Notes under the pieces: generated by a model
What the model saw: only the letters and a program-made list of their open reading frames with translations
Database searches by the model: none
What the model was told of the DNA's origin: nothing
In this document: positions 52,655-61,003 of the stretch, in pieces
How positions within the stretch are numbered: position 1 is the first letter of the stretch
Layout: every line of letters begins with the position of its first letter
Assembly (NCBI GenBank): GCA_002413045.1
Contig: DHWF01000031.1
Coordinates: 149,241-213,240 of the forward strand
DNA length: 64,000 nt
From: Chloroflexi bacterium UBA5189
GTDB lineage: Bacteria; Chloroflexota; Limnocylindria; Limnocylindrales; CSP1-4
Direction: 5' to 3'
Made by a program: the position numbers and the translations under genes

Positions 52655-53082
52655 CAGGTCTGCGCGAAGCGCCGGTTGGCGGCGCTGAGCCGGCGCGCCT
52701 GCGCCTGGAGCATCCGATACATCACCCGCGGGTGGTCGACGAGGAAGGACTCGACGTCCGGCCCGCCCAGGACGATGCAGCGCAGGGGGCGCGTCGCCAC
52801 GACATCCGCGATCGGCGGCTCGCCGAGGAGCACGCTCACCTCGCCGAAGAACTCGCCGCGGGCGAGCGTCGCCCGCTTCATGCCATCGGCGACGACGTCG
52901 GCCTCGCCTTCGAGGATCACGTAGAAGCCGGAGCCGGTCAGGCCCTGCCGGAGGACGCGCGCATCCTTCGGGAAGAACGCCTCCTCGAACCGGCTCGCGA
53001 CGCCCATCAGCTGGGGTCGCGCCAGGTCGACGAAGATCGCCATCCCTGCGATCGCATCGGCGATCTCGTCACGGGTCGCCAT
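52654..53082 (-). CDS. Stand-alone cyclic-nucleotide-binding domain protein (142 aa)
   Basis: GSGFYVILEGEADVV...LARGEFFGEVSVL...PPIADVVA, a CAP-family cNMP pocket. TGATG junction with the downstream oxidoreductase gene. Confidence 0.8.
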   Translation of the reverse strand: MATRDEIADAIAGMAIFVDLARPQLMGVASRFEEAFFPKDARVLRQGLTGSGFYVILEGEADVVADGMKRATLARGEFFGEVSVLLGEPPIADVVATRPLRCIVLGGPDVESFLVDHPRVMYRMLQAQARRLSAANRRFAQT

Positions 53083-53217
53083 CGAGCCCTCCAGGTGCAC
53101 GCGGGCGTGTCGCCAGGCTCCGATTCTGCACTCGATCGCAAGACGCTGCGCGCCGGGTTGACGGCGCGCGGGCGCACGTTCAGCATCGTGCCAGCCCACC
53201 CATCGTTGGAGGACTGG

Positions 53218-53646
53218 ATGACGCTGACCCATGACCGGCGCGCCGAGCTGCTGGCCGCCTGCCAGCTGTTCAAGGGGATCGATGCCGCCGGGCTGTCCGG
53301 CCTCGCCGACGTCGCCACGCCGGTCGACTTCCCGCCCGGCCACGTCATCGCGCGCCAGGGCGACATCGGGACGGGCTTCTTCGTGGTGATCTCCGGCCTC
53401 GTGCGCGTGGTCCGCGACGGCGAGATCGTGGCCCGCCTCGGGCCCGGCGAGTTCTTCGGCGAGCTGTCGGTGCTCGACCGTCTGCCGCGCAATGCCACGG
53501 TCGCCGCGGAGGTCGCGACGAGCTGCCTCGCCCTCGCCTCGTGGGACTTCGAGAAGGTCCTCCTCGACCAGCCGGCACTGACGCTGTCGATCCTCCGCGG
53601 CGTGGCCGCCCGCCTGCGCGCGGTGACCGACTCCACGCGCCACTGA
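53218..53646 (+). CDS. Stand-alone cyclic-nucleotide-binding domain protein (142 aa)
   Basis: GTGFFVVISGLVRVV...LGPGEFFGELSVLD..PRNATVAA. GGAGGA before ATG 53218. TGATG junction with the cyclase gene. Confidence 0.8.
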   Translation: MTLTHDRRAELLAACQLFKGIDAAGLSGLADVATPVDFPPGHVIARQGDIGTGFFVVISGLVRVVRDGEIVARLGPGEFFGELSVLDRLPRNATVAAEVATSCLALASWDFEKVLLDQPALTLSILRGVAARLRAVTDSTRH

Positions 53647-56411
53647 TGACCGGCGCGCCGCCGGCGAGCGGCGGGGTCGTAACGTTCCTGTTCTCCGACA
53701 TCGAGGGCTCGACGCGTCTGCTCGACGAGATCGGGCCGGCGGCATACAGCGCGGTCCTGGAACGGCATCGGACGATCCTGCGCACCGCCTTCGCCCGGCA
53801 CGGTGGTCGCGAACAGGGCACCGAGGGCGATTCGTTCTTCGTGATCTTCGACACCGCCCGCGAGGCCGTGCTGGCGGCGGCCGAAAGCCAGCGCGACCTC
53901 GGCACGGAACGCTGGCCGGATGGTGTCGAGGTCAACGTGCGGATGGGCCTCCACGCCGGCGAGGCGTCCGCGTCCGCGGGTGGCTTCGTCGGGCTGGACA
54001 TCCATCGGGCAGCCCGGATCGCCGCTGCCGCGCACGGCGGCCAGATCGTCGTCTCGGACGCGGTCAGGACGCTGGCGGCCGCGGAGCTCGTTCCGGACGT
54101 GTCGCTGCGCGGCCTCGGCAACCACCGGCTCAAGGACCTCCGCGAGCCGCAGCCGTTGCTCCAGGTGGTGGCCGCCGGGCTCCGCATGGAGTTCCCGCCG
54201 CTGCGCTCCATCGATGCCCGACCGAACAACCTGCCGAGGCAGCTGACCTCGTTCGTCGGGCGCGAGCGGGAGCTGGGCGAGGCGGGCCGGCTGCTCGCGG
54301 CGAACCGGCTCGTGACGCTGACGGGCCCCGGCGGAACCGGCAAGACCCGCCTCTCGCTGCAGGTCGCCGCTGATGCGGCCGAAGACTTCCCGGACGGCAT
54401 CTTCTTCGTCGCCCTCGAAACCGTCCGCGACCCGAGCCTGGTGCCGTCCCGGCTCGCGGCGGCCGTCGGGATCGCCGAGCCGGCGCGGCGCACCGCGACC
54501 GAGGTCCTCGAGGAGTGGCTCGCCGGCAAGCGGGTCCTGTTCGTCCTCGACAACTTCGAGCAGGTCCTCGACGCCGGGCCGATCATCGCCGGCTTGCTGC
54601 GGGTCGCCCCGGACCTCAAGGTGCTCGCGACGTCGCGCGCCGCGCTGCACGTCTCCGGCGAGCAGGAATACCCCGTTCCCGGCTTGCCGACCCCGCCGGA
54701 CCTGAGCCAGATGACGGCCCTCGAACGGGCGAACCTGCCCGCGAGCGAGCGCAGCCTCGATCCGGCAACCCTGTCGACGTACGAGGCGGTCCGACTGTTC
54801 GTCGCTCGCGCTCGCGCGGTAAAGCCGGGCTTCGCGGTGACGAACGAGAACGCCCCGGCGGTCGCCGCGATCTGCGTCCGACTGCACGGCATGCCGCTCG
54901 CGATCGAGCTTGCGGCGGCGCGGGTGAAGCTGCTCGCGCCAGACGCGATCCTGACCCGCCTCGAGCACCAGCTGAACGTGCTCGCGGCAGGCTCGCGCGA
55001 CCTGCCCGAGCGGCAGCAGACGCTGCGCGGCGCGATCGCCTGGAGCTACGACATCCTCGACGAGCCGTGCCGCGTGCTGCTGGACCGGCTGTCGGTCTTT
55101 GCCGGCGACATCGAGCTGGACGCGGCGGAGGCGGTGTGCGGGCCGGCGTCCGAGCTCGGCCAGGACGTCGTGGACGGCCTGTTCTCGCTCGCCAACCAGA
55201 GCCTGATCCGGACCATCGAGGATCCGAACGTCCCGCGCTTCAAGATGCTCGACACCATCCGCGAGTACGCCAGCGAGCAGCTCGAGGCGCGCGGCCAGCG
55301 AGCGGACCTCGAGGCTCGCCACGGCCATTGGTTCGTCGAGTTCGCGCGGCGCGGCGCGGCCGAGCTGAACGGCGCCGACCAGCGTCGCTGGCTGGAGGCG
55401 TTCGAGCACGCGCACGACAATATCCGGGTCGCATTCGATCGAGCGGTCGCGCGCGAGGATGACGCCACCGCGATCAACCTCGGCTTCGCCGCGTGGCGGT
55501 TCTGGCAGAAGCGCGGCCACCTGTACGAGGCCCGGCGTCGCCTCGAGGCGATCGCCGCCGCGGATTGGTCGAAGCGCGACCCGATCCTCCGGGCCCGGCT
55601 CATGGAGGCTCTCGGGGGCGTGGCCTGGTGGCAGGGCGACGTCGCGAGGATGGGCCCGGTCTACAAGGAGGCGGCCGAGATCTGGCGCTCGATGGACGAC
55701 CGCGCCGAGCTGGCCAATGCGCTCTACAACTACTCGTTCACGTTCACGGTCCCGCCCGACACGGTTGCCGGCGCGAGGATCGACGCCGATCCCACGGGCG
55801 AGGGCCGGGCGACGCTCCAGGAGGCCCTGGCGATCTACCGCGAGCTCGGCGACGAGCGCGGCGAGGCGAATGTGCTGTGGGGCCTCGGCAACCAGCGCTA
55901 TTTCGAGAACGCGATCGACTCCGGGTCGGAGGACCTCCGGCTTGCCCTTGCCAAGTTCCGCAAGGTCGGCGACCGGACGATGGAGGGCTGGACCCTGCAC
56001 ATGCTCGGCAGCGCGATGATCCGGGCTGGGCAACTCGGCGAGGCCCGCTCCGATCTCCTGGAGGCGGTTCAGCTCTTTCACGGCGCAAGCGACGCTGCGG
56101 GCCTGACCCTCGTCCTCGACGACCTGTCGTCACTCGCGATCGCGGAGGGCCAGCGCGATCGAGCCGGTCGACTGTGGGGCGCCGCCCGCAACCTCGTGGC
56201 GACGACGGGCGCGACCCTGGCCTCGTTTGTCGACGACTCCGTCGAGCTCGAGAACCGTCCGAACGTGCGGAAGTCGATCCCGCCGGACGACCTGGATCGC
56301 CTCGCCCGGGAAGGCGCGGCGATGACCCTCGACCATGTCGTTGCCTATGCCCTCGAGCAGACCGACGACGCTTCGGAAGGCATCCGGGCGGAGGGCGGCG
56401 GCGCCCTCTAG
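53646..56411 (+). CDS. Class III adenylate/guanylate cyclase fused to a STAND-type P-loop ATPase and TPR-like repeats
   Basis: VTFLFSDIEGST, EGDSFFVIF, LHAGEA. FVGRERELG, Walker A LTGPGGTGKTRL. Long helical repeat C-terminus. No LuxR HTH seen. Confidence 0.9.
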   Translation: MTGAPPASGGVVTFLFSDIEGSTRLLDEIGPAAYSAVLERHRTILRTAFARHGGREQGTEGDSFFVIFDTAREAVLAAAESQRDLGTERWPDGVEVNVRMGLHAGEASASAGGFVGLDIHRAARIAAAAHGGQIVVSDAVRTLAAAELVPDVSLRGLGNHRLKDLREPQPLLQVVAAGLRMEFPPLRSIDARPNNLPRQLTSFVGRERELGEAGRLLAANRLVTLTGPGGTGKTRLSLQVAADAAEDFPDGIFFVALETVRDPSLVPSRLAAAVGIAEPARRTATEVLEEWLAGKRVLFVLDNFEQVLDAGPIIAGLLRVAPDLKVLATSRAALHVSGEQEYPVPGLPTPPDLSQMTALERANLPASERSLDPATLSTYEAVRLFVARARAVKPGFAVTNENAPAVAAICVRLHGMPLAIELAAARVKLLAPDAILTRLEHQLNVLAAGSRDLPERQQTLRGAIAWSYDILDEPCRVLLDRLSVFAGDIELDAAEAVCGPASELGQDVVDGLFSLANQSLIRTIEDPNVPRFKMLDTIREYASEQLEARGQRADLEARHGHWFVEFARRGAAELNGADQRRWLEAFEHAHDNIRVAFDRAVAREDDATAINLGFAAWRFWQKRGHLYEARRRLEAIAAADWSKRDPILRARLMEALGGVAWWQGDVARMGPVYKEAAEIWRSMDDRAELANALYNYSFTFTVPPDTVAGARIDADPTGEGRATLQEALAIYRELGDERGEANVLWGLGNQRYFENAIDSGSEDLRLALAKFRKVGDRTMEGWTLHMLGSAMIRAGQLGEARSDLLEAVQLFHGASDAAGLTLVLDDLSSLAIAEGQRDRAGRLWGAARNLVATTGATLASFVDDSVELENRPNVRKSIPPDDLDRLAREGAAMTLDHVVAYALEQTDDASEGIRAEGGGAL

Positions 56412-56420
56412 ACTCCCGGC

Positions 56421-57284
56421 ATGACCCTGCAGCCGATGCCCAAGGAGCCCTCGGGGATCCCGAAGAACCCCGGGCGCACGGAGCTCGGGCTGAAGGCGAC
56501 GCTGCTCTTCCCGAACAAGGCGATCGTCGACCAGTACTACGTCCCGCTGATCTACACCGCGTGCCGGACGTGCTACTCGGAGCTCACCCCGGAGGACATC
56601 TTCCGGAAGGCCGCCGACGGCGAGATCGACCAGGCCAAGATGCAGCGGCTGATCTCGAACGTCATCGAATCCGGCCACGGCTCCACCATCGAGCACGTCG
56701 TCTTCACCTTCGGCATCAGCGGCGTCTCACGGACCCTGTCGCACCAGCTCGTCCGGCACCGCGCCGGCGTTGCGTTCGACCAGCAGAGCCAGCGCTACGT
56801 CACGTTCAAGAAGGCGTCGACGATGCTGCCCCAGTCGATCGCCGAGGCGGACCCCGCGATCCGGGCGGAGTACGAGGAGCAGATCGAGGGCTCGATGGCG
56901 CTGTACGGCGACCTCGTGGGCGCCGGCATCCCGGGTGAGGACGCGCGCTTCGTGTTCCCGAACGCGACGCGCACCAACCTGGTCATGACCGTCAACCTTC
57001 GCGCTCTCATCCACATGTCCGGCCTGCGGCTGTGCACGATGGCCCAGTGGGAGATCCGCCGGCTGTTCCAGCAGATCCGGCACGAGATCTTCCAGGTGTC
57101 GCCGTTCCTCGGCTCGTTCCTGGCCCCGAAGTGCGTCCCGCTCGGCTACTGCGACGAGATGAACAACCGCGACGGCCACTGCCCGATCCGGCCACACAAG
57201 GACCAGGTCCTCGAGGCGTGGGCCGAGAAGGCCAAGGCAGCCCGCGCCGCCGGGCGCGACCTGCCGCTCAACCCGATCGGCTGA
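56421..57284 (+). CDS. thyX: FAD-dependent thymidylate synthase
   Basis: ThyX motif RHRAGVAFDQQSQRY. GHGSTIEH. NLRALIHMSGLR. Confidence 0.9.
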   Translation: MTLQPMPKEPSGIPKNPGRTELGLKATLLFPNKAIVDQYYVPLIYTACRTCYSELTPEDIFRKAADGEIDQAKMQRLISNVIESGHGSTIEHVVFTFGISGVSRTLSHQLVRHRAGVAFDQQSQRYVTFKKASTMLPQSIAEADPAIRAEYEEQIEGSMALYGDLVGAGIPGEDARFVFPNATRTNLVMTVNLRALIHMSGLRLCTMAQWEIRRLFQQIRHEIFQVSPFLGSFLAPKCVPLGYCDEMNNRDGHCPIRPHKDQVLEAWAEKAKAARAAGRDLPLNPIG

Positions 57285-57312
57285 CCCACACTCGGGGCAT
57301 TGCCGGAGTCGC

Positions 57313-58263
57313 CTACTCCAGGTCGGCGACGAAGCGGCGGATGACGCGGGCGAAGCGCGGGCCGGCCTCGGCGCCGGCGGCGAGGACCTCCGCGTGGGTG
57401 AGCGGCTCGCCCGTGTAGCCGGCGCCGGCGTTCGTGACGAGCGAGATGCCGCACACCTCGAGGCCGGCCCATCGCGCCGCGATGCACTCCAGCACCGTCG
57501 ACATGCCGACGGCGTGGCCGCCCATCGACGCGAACAGGCGGACCTCCGCAGGCGTCTCGTAGTTCGGGCCGGTGAGGCCCACGTAGATGCCGTCGGCGAG
57601 CTCGACGCCCTCGGCGCGCCCTGCCTCGTGAAGCCGGGCGCGAAGCCGCCGGCTCCAGGCATCGGTCAGGTCGGTGAATCGCTCGCCGATCGCGTCCGCG
57701 TTGGGCCCGATGAGCGGGTTCAGCCCCGTCATGTTGATGTGATCGCTGATGACCATGAGCGTGCCCGGCCCGAACGACGGATCCAGGCCGCCCGCCGCGT
57801 TCGTCAGCACGACCGCCGTCGCCCCGAGCCGCCGGAACAGGAGGACCGGCTGGATCACCAGGCCGGGCGCATTGCCCTCGTACAGGTGGAGCCGCCCCTG
57901 GAGCATCACCACGGGGCGACCGGCGAGTCTGCCGAGCAGGAGGCGGCCGACATGGCCGGGCGCGGTCGCGGCCGGCCAGCCGGGCAGCTCGGCGAACGGG
58001 ATGGCGACCGCGTCCTCCAGATCGTCGGCGAGGCCGCCCAGCCCCGAGCCGAGCACGATCCCGATCTCCGGCACGAGGTCGGTGCGCGCCCGGACCGCGG
58101 CCTCCAGCGCGTCGAGGCGCGCGGACTGATCGGCTGGTGGGATGGGCGTCGCCGGGGAGACGTCAGTCACGCGGGCCTCCAGAGCTTCGTCCAGGGGCGA
58201 CGGCCGAAGGCCCGCAAGCCTCTGCGGGCCCGACGAGAGTACCGACACCGGGATGCCGGTCAC
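57313..58263 (-). CDS. punA: Purine nucleoside phosphorylase (PNP/MTAP family)
   Basis: IGIVLGSGLGGLAD, GHVGRLLLG, MLQGRLHLYEG, MSTVLECIAA. Start GTG 58263 or GTG 58170. Confidence 0.85.
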   Translation of the reverse strand: MTGIPVSVLSSGPQRLAGLRPSPLDEALEARVTDVSPATPIPPADQSARLDALEAAVRARTDLVPEIGIVLGSGLGGLADDLEDAVAIPFAELPGWPAATAPGHVGRLLLGRLAGRPVVMLQGRLHLYEGNAPGLVIQPVLLFRRLGATAVVLTNAAGGLDPSFGPGTLMVISDHINMTGLNPLIGPNADAIGERFTDLTDAWSRRLRARLHEAGRAEGVELADGIYVGLTGPNYETPAEVRLFASMGGHAVGMSTVLECIAARWAGLEVCGISLVTNAGAGYTGEPLTHAEVLAAGAEAGPRFARVIRRFVADLE

Positions 58264-58443
58264 GTCCCGCCGAGCCGCCCCAGGGACGACGCAGGAACGT
58301 CGTCGCGACCGGGTACAGAAGCGCCCGAAGCGACCGGCCCTGGCGCGAGAGTCCCCTTGATGTGATCTCGGATCCTCTCGACCTTGGCGGCCCCTTCGGG
58401 CAAGACGGATACTGCCGCCGGGGGGACCCCGGTGTCCATCGGG

Positions 58444-58518
58444 TTATCCACGACTTTTCGTGCTCCGCGGGCGTCGCTATCCACCACTTGCCGGTGCGTG
58501 TGGACAGCTGGTGGACAA
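58444..58518. promoter_or_regulatory. Cluster of four DnaA-box-like 9-mers
   Basis: Plus strand TTATCCACg (58444-52) and cTATCCACc (58477-85). Minus strand cTGTCCACA (58507-58499) and TTGTCCACc (58518-58510). Lies between the moaA stop and the punA start. Confidence 0.4.
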
Positions 58519-58535
58519 GCGTCGTTGGGTCGCCC

Positions 58536-59585
58536 TCATCCGCCGAGGGCGAACATCTCGATCTTCGGCAGGTGGTTCGTGGCGGCCGCCCGGCGCTCCG
58601 AGTAGCGATCGTCGCGGCCGGCCCAGACGCCGGTGACCAGGGCGGCGAGGTCCTCGTCCGAGAGCCCGGCCCGGAGCGGGTCGCGCAAGTCGTGCCCGAC
58701 CGCGCTGAACAGGCACGTGTACAGCTTGCCCTCCGCCGACAGGCGGGCGCGGGTGCAGTCGCCGCAGAACGGGCGCGTGACCGACGCGATGACGCCGATC
58801 TCACCCTTGCCATCGGCGTAGCGCCAGCGCTCGGCGACCTCGCCGGGGTAGCTCGGTGGCTCGGCCTCCAGCGGCCAATCCCGGCCGATCGACTCGATGA
58901 CCTCCATCGCCGGGACGACCTCGTCGAGTCGCCAGCCGTTCGTGGTCCCGACGTCCATGTATTCGATGAACCGAAGGATGTGGCCCTCGTCGCGCGCCCA
59001 GCCTGCGAGGTCGAGGATGCCGCCGTCATTCTCGCCGCGCTTCAGCACGACATTGATCTTCACCGGCCCGAGACCGGCCTGCCGCGCGGCGTCGATGCCG
59101 TCGAGGATCCTGGCGACCGGGAAGTCGACGCCGTTCATCCGCCGGAAGGTCTCGTCATCGAGCGAGTCCAGGGACACCGTCACGCGGCGGAGGCCCGCAT
59201 CGGCAAGGGGCTGGGCGAGCTGGCGCAGCGCGGAACCGTTGGTGGTCAGCGCGAGATCGAGCGGCTCGCCGTCCGGTGTCCGCAGCGCCGCGAGCTGGGC
59301 GATGAGGTCCGGCAGGCCGCGCCGAACGGTCGGCTCGCCGCCGGTGATGCGGAGCTTGTGCACGCCAAGGCCCACGAACACCGACGCGAGCCGGCGAATC
59401 TCCTCGTAGCTGAGGATCTCGTCGCGGGGGAGAAACGCGTAGTCCCGCCCGAAGACCTCGCTCGGCATGCAGTACGGGCAGCGGAAGTTGCACCGGTCGG
59501 TGACCGAGACGCGCAGGTCGCGCAGGGCACGCCCGAGTCGGTCACGTGTACCCGCGGGATTGATCGCCGGCGCCTCGTCGAGCAT
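58536..59585 (-). CDS. moaA: GTP 3',8-cyclase (molybdenum cofactor biosynthesis, radical SAM)
   Basis: LRVSVTDRCNFRCPYCMP (CxxxCxxC), LRITGGEPT. C-terminal Cys cluster FCGDCTRARL. ATG 59585. Confidence 0.9.
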   Translation of the reverse strand: MLDEAPAINPAGTRDRLGRALRDLRVSVTDRCNFRCPYCMPSEVFGRDYAFLPRDEILSYEEIRRLASVFVGLGVHKLRITGGEPTVRRGLPDLIAQLAALRTPDGEPLDLALTTNGSALRQLAQPLADAGLRRVTVSLDSLDDETFRRMNGVDFPVARILDGIDAARQAGLGPVKINVVLKRGENDGGILDLAGWARDEGHILRFIEYMDVGTTNGWRLDEVVPAMEVIESIGRDWPLEAEPPSYPGEVAERWRYADGKGEIGVIASVTRPFCGDCTRARLSAEGKLYTCLFSAVGHDLRDPLRAGLSDEDLAALVTGVWAGRDDRYSERRAAATNHLPKIEMFALGG

Positions 59586-59758
59586 TCGTACAGGGTAGCG
59601 TCGGTCCCGAATCGACCCTCCCGGGCACGGACCGGTACCTCCGGGCCGGTGCCGCGGTACCACCGGCTCACTACCCCAGACGCGACCGCACCACGACCAT
59701 CCAGTACGTCCGGCACCGGAGTAAGCCGGGCTACCACGCGCCGAGGTTCGCCCAAGCG

Positions 59759-61003
59759 ATGTCGAGCATGCAGAAACGTGGGTTCCGCCTGCCATGGGGC
59801 GCCGAGCGCGGCCCCGAAGCCGACGCGACCCCAGACCAGCTCGATGCCGCCGACGATCCGACGAGCGACGCGGCGCGCGACGACCTCGGTGAGGGTCCCT
59901 TCCACCTCGCCGACGCCACGCAACCGACCATGGACGCCGTCCCGGCCGCGTCCGACGTGCCCGAAGACACTGCCGAGGCCGCGATGATGGACGCCGAGAA
60001 CCACAGCACTCCCCTCGCCGAGGCGCCGCCGGACGTCCCGGCCGCCGACGACGGAGGCTGGCCGGTCGTCGATCGCCGGTCCACCGAGCGCCCGTTCGTT
60101 CGCCCCGAGCCGGCGCAGCGCATGCCGCGCCGCGACAACCCGCTCGTCGCCGGCCTGGTGAAGGCGATGCGCGAAGCGGCGATCGCGAGCCGCGAGGAGA
60201 CCACCGCCCGGCTGCAGGCCGAGGCCACCGCGCGCGTCGAGGCCATCCGTGCCCGCGCCACGACCGAGTCGACGGTCCTGCGCAAGCGTGCCGACGACGA
60301 CGTCATCGCGATCCGCGAGTGGTCCAAGACCGAGATCGCGCGGATCCGGCAGGAGACCGACGACAAGATCGAGTCTCGCAAGAATGAGCTCACCACCGAG
60401 AGCGAGCGCCACGCCGCCAGCGTCGGTCGCCTCGTCGACGAGGTCCAGACGACGGTCTCCGTGTTCGAGGCCGACATGGACCGTTTCTTCAAGCGACTCC
60501 TGGCCGAGGAAGACCCGGCCCGATTGGCCACGCTCGCGGAGCAGGCGCCAGATCCGCCGGACCTCCGGGGCGATGGCCCGCCCGCCGTCGACGACGACGC
60601 GCTCGAAGCGTCCGCGGCCGCCGCGGCCGAGGCCGAGGCGACCGAGGGCCTCGAGGACCTGTCCGTCGAGAGCTGGCCGGCCGCGGTCGGCGCCGCCGCG
60701 CACCGACCGGCGACGCCAACCGTGACCGCCGACGCGAACGGCCCCGAGGCCACCCGCCTCCTCGTCAACGGCCTCACCAGCGTGGCCGGGATCTCCGCCT
60801 TCAAGGGTGCCCTCGGGCAGCTGCCGGGCGTTCGCTCGGTGAGCGTGTCGTCCGGCGAGCCCGGCATGTTCGCCTTCGCCGTCAGCCACGATGCGGGCGT
60901 CGATCTCGACGCCGGCGTCGCGAGCCTGGCCGGCTTCTCCGCTCGGATCACCGACGCCACGGACGACGGCTTCACGGTCCTCGCCCACGAGCCGGCAGCC
61001 TGA
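59759..61003 (+). CDS. Hypothetical protein: acidic disordered N-terminus, coiled coil, small C-terminal alpha/beta domain
   Basis: Heptad-like REAAIASREETTARLQAEATARVEAIRARA...IARIRQETDDKIESRKNEL. C-terminal LLVNGLTSVAGISAFKGALGQLPGVRSVSV. TGATG junction with the next gene. Confidence 0.6.
   Translation: MSSMQKRGFRLPWGAERGPEADATPDQLDAADDPTSDAARDDLGEGPFHLADATQPTMDAVPAASDVPEDTAEAAMMDAENHSTPLAEAPPDVPAADDGGWPVVDRRSTERPFVRPEPAQRMPRRDNPLVAGLVKAMREAAIASREETTARLQAEATARVEAIRARATTESTVLRKRADDDVIAIREWSKTEIARIRQETDDKIESRKNELTTESERHAASVGRLVDEVQTTVSVFEADMDRFFKRLLAEEDPARLATLAEQAPDPPDLRGDGPPAVDDDALEASAAAAAEAEATEGLEDLSVESWPAAVGAAAHRPATPTVTADANGPEATRLLVNGLTSVAGISAFKGALGQLPGVRSVSVSSGEPGMFAFAVSHDAGVDLDAGVASLAGFSARITDATDDGFTVLAHEPAA

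Noticed and set aside
53007-56081. Very long antisense or out-of-frame ORFs in the track (for example 53007-56081 minus, 4164-5576 plus, 8421-10088 minus, 15080-16576 plus, 21497-23719 plus, 59246-61033 and 59731-61713 minus, 28829-30151 minus).
   Set aside because: All lie opposite to, or out of frame with, genes that have clear family motifs. Their translations are dominated by Arg/Pro/Gly/Ala/Asp runs with no motif. Stop-poor shadow frames are expected in DNA of this GC content.
58444-58518. Chromosomal replication origin (oriC).
   Set aside because: Only four boxes, no adjacent dnaA/dnaN/rpmH, and no AT-rich unwinding element. More likely a regulatory or titration site.
59586-59758. Molybdenum-cofactor (Moco) riboswitch in the 173-nt region upstream of moaA.
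   Set aside because: The region is strongly self-complementary (CCGGTG...CACCGG, GTCG...CGAC, CCCGGGAGGG). I cannot match it to the Moco motif from memory, and it is also the divergent promoter region for 59759. It needs an Rfam scan (RF01055). A hit covering about 59590-59730 on the minus strand would overturn this rejection.
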